Positions 9,083 through 17,455 of a DNA stretch of 64,000 nucleotides are shown here, piece by piece; within the stretch, counting starts at the first letter, position 1; every line of letters begins with the position of its first letter. The stretch is taken from sequence record PQ374922.1, one strand, 5' to 3'. Below the pieces are notes generated by a model. The model was not told where the DNA came from and searched no databases. It saw nothing but the letters and a program-made list of their open reading frames with translations. The translations under genes were made by a program, and so were the position numbers. Source of the DNA: a phage.

Positions 9083-9388
9083 ATGAAACCGTTTATCGAA
9101 TATTTTAAAGAACAAGCCGCTAAACCTCAGACCCATGCTGGTGTCCAGGGTAAGACCGTATCCATCACCAAGCAAGCTGACGGCACTCAGTGGTGTTCCG
9201 GCGCTACCGTGACCCAGATCACTCCTGACAATCAGGCGGATATCTACAACCTGGAGTTAACCAACGGCAACACCATCAAGGTGAAGCTGACCCCAGACCA
9301 GACTCACGGTATCTCCCAAGGTCAGGAAGTCGTTGCTGTCCATGACGGTTTCGAATTCTTCTTTGGCAAGTCTGTCGACAAAGACTAA
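9083..9388 (+). CDS. hypothetical protein
   Basis: ATG 9083 with strong SD GAGGAG; 101 aa; followed by strong intrinsic terminator. Confidence 0.6.
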   Translation: MKPFIEYFKEQAAKPQTHAGVQGKTVSITKQADGTQWCSGATVTQITPDNQADIYNLELTNGNTIKVKLTPDQTHGISQGQEVVAVHDGFEFFFGKSVDKD

Positions 9389-9428
9389 GTGAAACCATCA
9401 AGATGACCCTGGTCAAGCCGTGATTACA

Positions 9429-9460
9429 ATCCCCCTAAATACAGGGGGATTTCTTTTTCT
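9429..9460 (+). terminator. intrinsic terminator
   Basis: ATCCCCC-loop-GGGGGAT hairpin followed by TTCTTTTTCT. Confidence 0.65.
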
Positions 9461-9472
9461 GAGGACAACATC

Positions 9473-9826
9473 ATGGTCAATGCGAGTATTTTCATCAACC
9501 GTGGACTGCTTGCTATAGCCCACTCTCATGCCTTACACTTCGTTACAACGTCCTATGCCAAGCACAAGGCACTCGGGGAGTTCTACGGGGATCTAGAGGA
9601 CTTGCTGGACACGTTTACCGAAGCATACATCGGTGCGGGTGGTCAGTATGTTCCATCATTCGAGAATATCAAATTGTACAACCCAGACCCTATCTCCTAT
9701 ATTAACAGTGTGGTGATAGACGTCGATGGCATCTACAAGCAGTGTGACTCCCACCTTCAGAGCACTCTTGACGATATCAAGACACTGTGCTATCAGACGA
9801 TCTACAAACTGAAGCAGCTGTCGTAA
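9473..9826 (+). CDS. hypothetical protein
   Basis: 117-aa ORF, SD GAGGA upstream; no motif assigned. Confidence 0.5.
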   Translation: MVNASIFINRGLLAIAHSHALHFVTTSYAKHKALGEFYGDLEDLLDTFTEAYIGAGGQYVPSFENIKLYNPDPISYINSVVIDVDGIYKQCDSHLQSTLDDIKTLCYQTIYKLKQLS

Positions 9827-9883
9827 GTCAATACGAAATAAAGGCATATAATTTTGCTCATTATTCACCGAAAGGAAAGGACA

Positions 9884-10495
9884 ATGAGCAAAATCTTTAT
9901 CCCGTCACACCGCGAAGGATGTGAAATCGCGGCCAACTACCTGCGCGGTCGCATGAACTGCGGCGCTGTCTTCATCGAGCCAAATTCGTTTGACAACAAA
10001 GAATCACCTGATGCCATCGGGTTCCGTTCCGGCGGTTGCTCTATCCTGATGGAAGTGAAGGTGTCTCGCTCTGATTTCCTTACCGACAAGAAGAAGCCCC
10101 ATCGGATGGACCCCACAACAGGTATGGGCGCATACCGCTTTTATGTCTGCCCTCAGGAAGTAATCAGGGTTGAAGACCTACCACCAAAGTGGGGGTTGTT
10201 CTACTTCACACCCCGCAAGTCCCTGATGCCAGTTCATGTGCCAGACATGCAGTACTCTTCATTGTCATCACCGGAGCATTATCAGAAGTACCTTGATGAA
10301 CAGATCAAGAGAGGAAGAACCGTTACCCGGCATATGCGCAGCTACATGGAACTCCTCGACGGCTTCGCCCACTTTGAGCGCAACATGGCTGGGGAACAGA
10401 ATATCCTGTATGGGGCTTGGCGTCAACTGTGTATAGCTCAAAGTCGTGGTGTAGACTATACTGTGACCGAAGTGTTCCAGAGGCCGAAGATCTAA
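9884..10495 (+). CDS. PD-(D/E)xK nuclease-fold protein (VRR-NUC-like motif)
   Basis: Motif SPDAIGF ... ILMEVKVSRSD matches PD...(D/E)xK core; SD AAGGA 7 nt upstream of ATG 9884. Confidence 0.5.
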   Translation: MSKIFIPSHREGCEIAANYLRGRMNCGAVFIEPNSFDNKESPDAIGFRSGGCSILMEVKVSRSDFLTDKKKPHRMDPTTGMGAYRFYVCPQEVIRVEDLPPKWGLFYFTPRKSLMPVHVPDMQYSSLSSPEHYQKYLDEQIKRGRTVTRHMRSYMELLDGFAHFERNMAGEQNILYGAWRQLCIAQSRGVDYTVTEVFQRPKI

Positions 10496-11151
10496 TGAAC
10501 TATCAAAAAATTCATGACGCTATAATAACCAGAGCCAGAGATAGAATTTTAACTGGTTACAAGGAAAAACACCACGTCATCCCTCTATCTCTTGGTGGTG
10601 AAGACAGGAACTACAATAAAGTTTCTCTCACAGCATCTGAACATTATATTATTCATCTTCTGTTGGCCAAAATTCACGGCGGGGTAATGGTCAGCGCATT
10701 TAAAAAGATGCGCCACTTGACCTCTAATCCTCCAAACAATAAAGAGTTTGCCGTCAGGAGGGAATTGTTGTGTACAACAGCCGGGGAGAAAGCGAAAGAT
10801 CCACAAAAACGGAAAAGGCATTCTCTGAAAATGAAGGGTAGAAACCATACAGAATCTGCCAAATTATCAATATCCAATTCCATGACTGGGGAGAATAACC
10901 CAATGAAGGGGATACCTGCATGGAGGAACCCGACCAACATCAGCCGAGGAACTCATAAAAATTGGTTGGCGGCTGGAGAAATTTATGACTTGTACGTCAC
11001 AGGGAAATTTTTAAGAGTTATCGACCTCTTCAATGCTTGCAAATTGCCGACATCATACGGAACGGTTTCCACCATAAAAACAAAATTGGAATTGGGTTGG
11101 GAGCCAAGGAAAGACGCGGATTGGTTGCAATTCTATGAGGAACACAAATGA
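10495..11151 (+). CDS. HNH homing endonuclease
   Basis: HNH motif HHVIPLSLGG...N...LTASEH; AT-rich relative to neighbours; inserted between nuclease ORF and primase with TAATG/ATGA overlaps. Confidence 0.7.
   Translation: MNYQKIHDAIITRARDRILTGYKEKHHVIPLSLGGEDRNYNKVSLTASEHYIIHLLLAKIHGGVMVSAFKKMRHLTSNPPNNKEFAVRRELLCTTAGEKAKDPQKRKRHSLKMKGRNHTESAKLSISNSMTGENNPMKGIPAWRNPTNISRGTHKNWLAAGEIYDLYVTGKFLRVIDLFNACKLPTSYGTVSTIKTKLELGWEPRKDADWLQFYEEHK
10495..11151 (+). mobile_element. free-standing homing endonuclease gene (HEG)
   Basis: Intergenic HNH ORF with lower GC than flanking replication genes. Confidence 0.5.
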
Positions 11152-12206
11152 AATTTCTCGACGAACAATTCATAAATTACGTTGCTCCCAGACTCGATAA
11201 ATTCAAGTGGGAACGCGTTGGGTCTGTCGCAAATTTTAGATGCCCGCTTTGTGGAGATTCTCTCAAAAGTGCTAATAAACGACGCGGTTATTTTTTCTTC
11301 GATCGAGATAATGACTGCTTTCGGTTTAAATGTCATAATTGCCATAACATGAATGGCTGGTCATTTGAGTTCTGGCTGAAGAAGTTCGACGAACGCCTCT
11401 CAACAGAGTACAACATGGAGAAGTTCCGTCTGCTGGGTGATACGTCGGGCAGACCACTTCCTTCCCTGAAGCCGCTGCCAAAGCTGACACAGACCGCCCG
11501 TATTGGCTCAGTGGCGGCGAAACGCGACGAGAGCCTCCTCGGCAATATGCTACGGCTTGATCTGCTACCGCCTGACCATAAGGCTCGACAGTACGTACAG
11601 TGGCGTGGACTGCCGGAGAGCACTTTGTCCCTCCTGTATTACACACAACACTTCCGCCAGGATCTACTCCAGTTCGAAACGAACCCTGAGAAGCAACTGA
11701 AAATTCCCGATGACGAGCGCCTGGTAATCCCATTCTGGACGCAAGATGGGCGGATGAAGATCGTTCAGGGGCGTGCATTCGACAAGAATGCGACACTGCG
11801 CTACGCAACAGTCAAGCCCAAGGATGAAGACACTAAGGTGTATGGTGAAGACCGGGTAAACATTCACAAGACCAAGCTGGTTGTGGAAGGTCCGATTGAC
11901 AGCCTGTTCCTACCCAACTGTCTTGCATCGGCCGACGCTGATCTACTGAGCGTGAAGGGTGACATTTATATCCCTGATAATCAGTACCGGAACCCGCAGG
12001 TGTGTGACGGTATTCAGAAGATGATAGATAAAGGTGTCAAGGTTGTACTGTTCCCACCAGACGTTCCTTGGAAGGATATCAACGACATGGTCATGCCATC
12101 AAAGGGCAACATGTCCATACAAGACCTCCTGAAGCTGATCGCCAAGAACGTTTACCAAGGTATGGCCGCATCATTACAATTCGCTGAACTGAGGAAAGTG
12201 CGATGA
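11148..12206 (+). CDS. 61: DNA primase (T4 gp61 family)
   Basis: N-terminal zinc finger CPLCGDS...CHNCH and TOPRIM-like LVVEGPIDSLF, matching remembered T4 gp61 (CPVCGDS, VLEGPIDSLF). Confidence 0.9.
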   Translation: MKFLDEQFINYVAPRLDKFKWERVGSVANFRCPLCGDSLKSANKRRGYFFFDRDNDCFRFKCHNCHNMNGWSFEFWLKKFDERLSTEYNMEKFRLLGDTSGRPLPSLKPLPKLTQTARIGSVAAKRDESLLGNMLRLDLLPPDHKARQYVQWRGLPESTLSLLYYTQHFRQDLLQFETNPEKQLKIPDDERLVIPFWTQDGRMKIVQGRAFDKNATLRYATVKPKDEDTKVYGEDRVNIHKTKLVVEGPIDSLFLPNCLASADADLLSVKGDIYIPDNQYRNPQVCDGIQKMIDKGVKVVLFPPDVPWKDINDMVMPSKGNMSIQDLLKLIAKNVYQGMAASLQFAELRKVR

Positions 12207-12409
12207 CGTTAGAAGAACTGAACAAACTGGACGACGGAGAGATCGTGCGGGGGTACTTGAAATCTCGTGAGGGGTATGTCTTATCTGGGGAAGAATCTCT
12301 GAGTTTCATCCACGGCTGGAAGAATGGTCAGGCGGACTTCCATGGGGTTCCCATCAGTGATGAGCAGGCCGAATTGGCTCGCGAGTTTGTAAGATTTCGC
12401 CCGAACTAA
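12203..12409 (+). CDS. hypothetical protein
   Basis: 68-aa ORF translationally coupled to primase (ATGA overlap); followed by terminator. Confidence 0.45.
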   Translation: MTLEELNKLDDGEIVRGYLKSREGYVLSGEESLSFIHGWKNGQADFHGVPISDEQAELAREFVRFRPN

Positions 12410-12437
12410 AACTTTTTACTTCACATCACTTCCCTCT

Positions 12438-12462
12438 AGGCCTCATTCGACGAGGCCTTTTA
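12438..12462 (+). terminator. intrinsic terminator
   Basis: AGGCCTC-loop-GAGGCCT hairpin followed by TTTT. Confidence 0.6.
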
Positions 12463-12474
12463 AAATACTTCAAA

Positions 12475-12495
12475 AATAATTTTTTAAAAATTATT
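12475..12495 (+). repeat. AT-rich perfect palindrome upstream of promoter C
   Basis: AATAATTTTT t AAAAATTATT (10-bp arms, 1-nt centre); candidate UP element or regulator site. Confidence 0.4.
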
Positions 12496-12504
12496 GAAAA
12501 AGAC

Positions 12505-12533
12505 TTTACTCTTCAATAATGATGCACTATTAT
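12505..12533 (+). promoter_or_regulatory. sigma70-like early promoter, copy C (TTTACT-N17-TATTAT)
   Basis: -35 12505..12510, -10 12528..12533; AT-rich palindrome 12475..12495 just upstream. Confidence 0.5.
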
Positions 12534-12606
12534 AGTTCACATAGGGCGGCAACACACCGCCGAATGAAAAGTGAAATGAACCAACTACATTATGAGGAAT
12601 TACATC

Positions 12607-13095
12607 ATGGCTACCACCAAAACTCTGATCACCAACGGCACCATCTCTTTCGAACTGAACACCGAAGTTGCTAAAGTTGAAATGTTCCGCATCGCTCAGG
12701 CAGCTGGCTTCACTGGTGGTAAAACTTCCTTCATGAACCTGCTGAACGGTAAAGTGAAATCGACAAACGGCTTCACCCTGGTAGAGCAGGTTGTGGTTGA
12801 CAAAGCTGTGGTTGATAAGACTGCCGACAAAGTTGGTATGCTGAAAAACCTGGGTCACGACATCCACATTGTCGAAGCAAACACCGAAACTTACGGCACC
12901 ATCGTAGTCGGTAAAGGTCGCATCCAGCTGAACCCGCTGAACAACGGTTCCTTCTCTGTGATGGTCTTCCCTAAGAAGGGATATGACAACACCGACATCG
13001 TGAAAGCTGTTGGCGGCGAAGCAAAAGCTCAGTACGTCAAAATGGGTAAACTGAGCGCCGACGCAGTTGAAGCTCTGGTGAGCAAACTGGCCTAA
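12607..13095 (+). CDS. hypothetical protein, probably abundant
   Basis: Own sigma70-like promoter and terminator; SD GAGGAA; apparently highly biased codon usage (judged by eye); 162 aa. Confidence 0.65.
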   Translation: MATTKTLITNGTISFELNTEVAKVEMFRIAQAAGFTGGKTSFMNLLNGKVKSTNGFTLVEQVVVDKAVVDKTADKVGMLKNLGHDIHIVEANTETYGTIVVGKGRIQLNPLNNGSFSVMVFPKKGYDNTDIVKAVGGEAKAQYVKMGKLSADAVEALVSKLA

Positions 13096-13241
13096 TCCAG
13101 ACGTATAACATAGGGGAGGCAACTCCCCCTATCAGGTCTTGGGAGGAGATCACAGTCATTCAATCCTCTTTAGGCGCTCTCTGGGTTGCTGACACATTCA
13201 GAACAAAGTCTCCCCCAGCTCCTCGAGTAGTTCACTTTCAC

Positions 13242-13249
13242 TTTAAATA
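13242..13249 (+). promoter_or_regulatory. late-promoter-like motif TTTAAATA upstream of endolysin
   Basis: One mismatch to T4 late consensus TATAAATA; lies in 5-prime arm of RBS hairpin, 31 nt before ATG. Confidence 0.4.
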
Positions 13250-13275
13250 CCTCTGCATTCATTGTGGAGGTATTT
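13245..13275 (+). promoter_or_regulatory. RBS-sequestering hairpin at endolysin start
   Basis: 9-bp perfect inverted repeat AAATACCTC / GAGGTATTT (13245..13253, 13267..13275) with 13-nt loop; 3-prime arm contains the GGAGG Shine-Dalgarno. Confidence 0.55.
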
Positions 13276-13279
13276 TCTT

Positions 13280-14074
13280 ATGGCCATTCTAAAACTTGGC
13301 AACCGTGGCACTGAAGTGAAGGCACTTCAGGATAGCCTCAACAAAATCGGCTTCACCCTCGTCGCTGATGGTATCTTTGGCAAGGCAACAGAGAACGCCG
13401 TCAAGACTGTTCAGGCGGGTGCGGGGCTTGTCATTGATGGTATCGTGGGTCCAAAGACCTCCTATGCTATTCGCAACGCCGGAGACGCCCATCAGGATCA
13501 TCTAACTGAGTCAGACCTGATTGATGCTGCTAACGATCTGGGTGTTGACCTTGCCTCTGTCAAGGCGGTGAATCAGGTTGAGTCGCGCGGCACGGGCTTC
13601 ACCAAGTCAGGTAAGATCAAGACATTATTTGAGCGCCACATCATGTATAAGAAGCTGATGGCGAAGTTCGGACAGGCTCGGGCGAATGCCATGGGGCATA
13701 TGTACCCGACGTTGGTCAGTCCTTCCGCAGGCGGGTACACGGGAGGCGACGCGGAGTTGGATCGACTTCATGCGGCCATCAACATCGATGAGGATTGTGC
13801 GTACGAGAGCGCCTCTTACGGTCTCTTCCAGATCATGGGATTCAACTGCCAGGTCTGTGGATATGCCAACGCCAAGGAGATGTTCAACGACTTCCTGACA
13901 GGAGAACGTGCTCATTTGATGGCATTCGTGAAGTTCATCAAGGCTGACGCCAAGCTCTGGCAGGCTCTGAAGGACAAGAACTGGGCTGAGTTTGCGCGGC
14001 GCTATAATGGTCCGGCGTATGCCAAGAACCAGTACGACACGAAGCTCGTAGCAGCATACAAGAGTTTCAGTTAA
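13280..14074 (+). CDS. endolysin (peptidoglycan-binding domain plus muramidase-like catalytic domain)
   Basis: N-terminal PG_binding_1-like repeat (LQDSLNKIGF...DGIFGKATENAVKTVQ...DGIVGPKT); C-terminal domain resembling phage N-acetylmuramidase endolysins; ATG 13280 with GGAGG SD. Confidence 0.7.
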   Translation: MAILKLGNRGTEVKALQDSLNKIGFTLVADGIFGKATENAVKTVQAGAGLVIDGIVGPKTSYAIRNAGDAHQDHLTESDLIDAANDLGVDLASVKAVNQVESRGTGFTKSGKIKTLFERHIMYKKLMAKFGQARANAMGHMYPTLVSPSAGGYTGGDAELDRLHAAINIDEDCAYESASYGLFQIMGFNCQVCGYANAKEMFNDFLTGERAHLMAFVKFIKADAKLWQALKDKNWAEFARRYNGPAYAKNQYDTKLVAAYKSFS

Positions 14075-14079
14075 CTCAA

Positions 14080-14104
14080 AGGCCGGAAACGGCCTTTTCT
14101 TTAT
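14080..14104 (+). terminator. intrinsic terminator after endolysin
   Basis: AGGCCG-GAAA-CGGCCT followed by TTTTCTTT. Confidence 0.65.
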
Positions 14105-14176
14105 CCAATCCTCAGGTATGCTGGGGTTGTCACCTTAATTAGAGGTGATGACACCCTGAGATATAGGAAGGTTCCC

Positions 14177-15019
14177 ATGCAATCTGCCACCAAAGTTGTA
14201 AGTAAGAAGCCAGCGGGCAAGACCAAGTCAGCACGTAAGAAAGAGACAATTCAGAAAGAAGATGACTGGATGAAGTTCTCTAAAGGTGACTTCAGAATCG
14301 CTCCGTTCAATGGCCTCTCAGAAAATCAGAACCTCGCGTATCAATCTGCTCTTGAAGAAAACCTCACCATCGCAATCGGTCCGGCAGGCACAGGTAAATC
14401 GTACTGTGGTGCCTCAGCCGCCGCCAAGCTCCTGATCGATAAAGTGGTCAGCAAGATCGTCATCACGCGTTCTCCGTTGCCAACAGGCCAGACTGCAGGC
14501 TTCCGCCCTGGCGACACATACGAAAAGTTGATGCCATATCTGATGCCCCTGATTCAGACGCTGAAGAAGGTGCTGAAGACTGACACAGGCAGCGACGGTT
14601 TCTTCAACTATCTGTGGGAGAAGCGGATCATTGAGATCCAGGATCTGGAGACCATCAAGGGAATGACCTTCGACGACACCTTCCTGATCATTGAAGAAGC
14701 GCAGGAATGTGATATGGAGCAGCTGAAGAACCTACTGACCCGCGCATCCGACTCGACTTACATCTTCGTCAACGGTGACATCAAACAGTCCAACAAGCGC
14801 CTGCGCGACAGCGCCCTTGAAAAGTACGTCAGTTCCTTCCGCGACTTCAACGCCAAGCTGGAGGCCGGAACCCTGAAGATCGATGGTGTTGGCGTCAGTG
14901 ATGAGTACCCTGAATGGGTTCAGCCGTTCAGTATCATCGAGTTCGACAAGTCTGACCGCAACGGGCGCGGCGACTTCACCCGCCTGATGCTGGAAGTCAA
15001 CGATCTGTACGACATTTAA
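14177..15019 (+). CDS. phoH: PhoH-like ATPase
   Basis: Walker A GPAGTGKS and overall PhoH-like layout; common phage auxiliary gene. Confidence 0.8.
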   Translation: MQSATKVVSKKPAGKTKSARKKETIQKEDDWMKFSKGDFRIAPFNGLSENQNLAYQSALEENLTIAIGPAGTGKSYCGASAAAKLLIDKVVSKIVITRSPLPTGQTAGFRPGDTYEKLMPYLMPLIQTLKKVLKTDTGSDGFFNYLWEKRIIEIQDLETIKGMTFDDTFLIIEEAQECDMEQLKNLLTRASDSTYIFVNGDIKQSNKRLRDSALEKYVSSFRDFNAKLEAGTLKIDGVGVSDEYPEWVQPFSIIEFDKSDRNGRGDFTRLMLEVNDLYDI

Positions 15020-15102
15020 GTAACTCGCCAACCCTCCCCGCCGCCTTCAATCTACGAGGGCGGCGTATAATAAAACCTGCGTAAACAAACCCGAGGAACA
15101 CC

Positions 15103-17385
15103 ATGATTAACGTTATAAAACGTGACGGATCTTCTGTCCCATTTGATATTGAGAAACTACACGCAGTCGTAGACCGCGCATGTGATGGCCTGTCTGGTGT
15201 GTCAATGTCAGAGGTGATCGCTGCATCGAAGATTCAGTTCACCGACAACATGAGAACAGATCGCATTCAGGATATCCTCATCCAGGCTGCGGCTTCACTG
15301 ATCTCTGTAGACAAACCCAATTACCAGTATGTGGCTGCTCGTCTGAAGTCGTATGATCTGCGCAAGGCTGTCTACGGTCAGTATAAGCCGCCTCACCTGC
15401 TGGATATCTTCGTCAAGAACATCAAACAGCGCGTGTATGATCGTGAGTTCCTTGATCTCTACACGACAGAAGAGTTCAACGAGCTGAACGATGTCATTAA
15501 CCACAAACGCGATAAGAACTTCACGTGGGCGGCCATGGGCCAGCTGACAGAGAAGTATCTGCTGCGCGACCGTTCCAAGAAAGACAGCAAGATCTTCTAC
15601 GAAACCCCACAGGTCATGTACATGGGAATCGCCATGGCGTTGTTCTCTAACTGGGACAAAGACAGCCGCCTGGAGATGGTGAAGAAGTTCTATGAATATG
15701 CCAGCACAGGCAAGTTCAGTCTTCCCACCCCGATTATGGCAGGTGTTCGTACTCCTACCCGTCAGTTCAGTTCCTGTGTGTTAATCAAGACTGATGACAC
15801 CCTGAACTCTATCAACGCAACAGCCAAGACCATCGTTGACTATGTGTCCAAACGTGCGGGTATCGGCTTCGATGTCGGGGCAATCCGTGGGATTGGTAGT
15901 CCTATTCGCGGCGGAGAGATGGTTCACACAGGCCTGATCCCGTTCATCAAGTATCTCACTGGGGCACTCAAATCGTGCTCTCAGGGCGGCATTCGTGGTG
16001 GTGCAGCAACAGCGTACATCCCTCTGTGGCATTACCAGTTCGATGACGTTGTTGTTCTGAAGAACAACCGTGGTACTGAAGAAAACCGCGAACGCCGTAT
16101 CGACTATGGCATTCAGATCAACCGCGTGATGTTTGAGCGCCTTGTTGCCAAGCAGCCTCTGTATCTGTTCGACCCGAAAGACAACCGCGAAATGTATGAA
16201 GCATACTTCGCTGACGTTGACAAGTTCCGTACTCTGTATGAGAACATGATCAAGGCCGCTGATGCTGGTTTGGTTCGTGCTAAAAAGTTGCAGGCAGAAG
16301 AGGTGTTCCAGATGCTGTTAGACCAGCGTTCAGACACAGGCCGCATCTACATCGCGTTTGTCGATCACATGAATGAATACAGTCCATTCAACCTAGACAC
16401 GATTTATTCTTCAAATCTTTGTTTAGAAATCGCCCTGCCGACCCGTGAGTTTGAGCAGTACAACGATGAAAACGGGCGCGTGGCTCTGTGCACCCTAGCT
16501 TCCTTCAACCTGACGGCGTTCGAAGATCCTACGGAAATGGAAGACGTGGCGTTCGTGTTGGTATCTGCGCTGGACATGCTGTTGGAATATCAGGACTATC
16601 CAGCGATTCAGGCTCGTAAAGCTGTTGAAGACTATCGTCCTCTGGGTGTTGGTATCGTGAACGTGGCTCACTTCTTGGCCAAGAACTTCACGGGCTATGG
16701 CTCACCAGCTGGTCTTGAAATGCTGGATGCGTGGATGGCACACCTGCACTTCTATCTGGTCAAGGCGTCCAACCGTCTGGCTATGAAGTTCGGGGCGTGT
16801 AAACGCAGAACCATCCACAATAATGGGCAGGTCACCGCCGACCTTCAGCCGCTTCCACTTGATATCCTACCAAATGGCAAGAAGCCAGAAGGGATGGCAT
16901 ATGGGCTGGATTGGGATGAGTTGAAGGATAATCTGAAGACCTATGGTATCCGCAACGCCACTCTGCTGGCAGTAGCCCCTACCGAAAGCTCCTCACAGGT
17001 CCTCAACGCAACGAACGGCATTGAGCCACCGAAGGGCTTGGTGAGCATTAAGGGTAGCAAGGACGGCACTTATAAGCAGGTCGTCCCGGACGTTGAGACC
17101 CTTGGACCGATGTATGACCTCAAGTGGGACCTGGACTGTATTGAGTACCTGAAGACCGCTGCTGTCATCCAGCGCTGGGTTGACCAGTCCATCAGTACCA
17201 ACACGTGGTATGATCCAGAGAAGTACCCTGACAGCAAGATCCCTCGTGCCAAGATGATGCAGGATATCCTGTCGTTCTATATGTGGGGTGGCAAGACTCT
17301 GTATTACAACACAAACAAGGACGCCAAGGAAGACGAAGAGCTGAAGCAGGCTGAGGAAACTCAGTGTGATAGTTGTGTTGTATAA
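15103..17385 (+). CDS. nrdA: ribonucleotide reductase class I large subunit
   Basis: 760 aa; ATP-cone N-terminus (VIKRDGSSVPFDIEKL), catalytic-core motifs and C-terminal cysteine pair. Confidence 0.93.
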   Translation: MINVIKRDGSSVPFDIEKLHAVVDRACDGLSGVSMSEVIAASKIQFTDNMRTDRIQDILIQAAASLISVDKPNYQYVAARLKSYDLRKAVYGQYKPPHLLDIFVKNIKQRVYDREFLDLYTTEEFNELNDVINHKRDKNFTWAAMGQLTEKYLLRDRSKKDSKIFYETPQVMYMGIAMALFSNWDKDSRLEMVKKFYEYASTGKFSLPTPIMAGVRTPTRQFSSCVLIKTDDTLNSINATAKTIVDYVSKRAGIGFDVGAIRGIGSPIRGGEMVHTGLIPFIKYLTGALKSCSQGGIRGGAATAYIPLWHYQFDDVVVLKNNRGTEENRERRIDYGIQINRVMFERLVAKQPLYLFDPKDNREMYEAYFADVDKFRTLYENMIKAADAGLVRAKKLQAEEVFQMLLDQRSDTGRIYIAFVDHMNEYSPFNLDTIYSSNLCLEIALPTREFEQYNDENGRVALCTLASFNLTAFEDPTEMEDVAFVLVSALDMLLEYQDYPAIQARKAVEDYRPLGVGIVNVAHFLAKNFTGYGSPAGLEMLDAWMAHLHFYLVKASNRLAMKFGACKRRTIHNNGQVTADLQPLPLDILPNGKKPEGMAYGLDWDELKDNLKTYGIRNATLLAVAPTESSSQVLNATNGIEPPKGLVSIKGSKDGTYKQVVPDVETLGPMYDLKWDLDCIEYLKTAAVIQRWVDQSISTNTWYDPEKYPDSKIPRAKMMQDILSFYMWGGKTLYYNTNKDAKEDEELKQAEETQCDSCVV

Positions 17386-17416
17386 ATTGGTCTAAACATA
17401 CTACCGTTATATCATC

Positions 17417-17441
17417 AGGGGTGAGAGATCACCCCTTATTA
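17417..17441 (+). terminator. intrinsic terminator after nrdA
   Basis: AGGGGTGA-GAGA-TCACCCCT followed by TATTAAT. Confidence 0.5.
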
Positions 17442-17455
17442 ATCAGGAAAGAAAC

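Noticed and set aside
11326-11808. 160-aa minus-strand ORF inside the primase gene
   Set aside because: Primase motifs are unambiguous on the plus strand; the minus ORF is Arg/Ser-rich with no signals.
12484-13122. 212-aa minus-strand ORF overlapping the 12607..13095 gene
   Set aside because: Plus strand has promoter, SD and terminator; the minus-frame product is rich in Phe/His/Cys/Val with no motif. Judged an antisense artefact.
14120-14176. sigma70 promoter upstream of phoH
   Set aside because: TTGTCA is present but no acceptable -10 at 16 to 18 nt spacing; phoH is more likely expressed by read-through or a non-sigma70 promoter.
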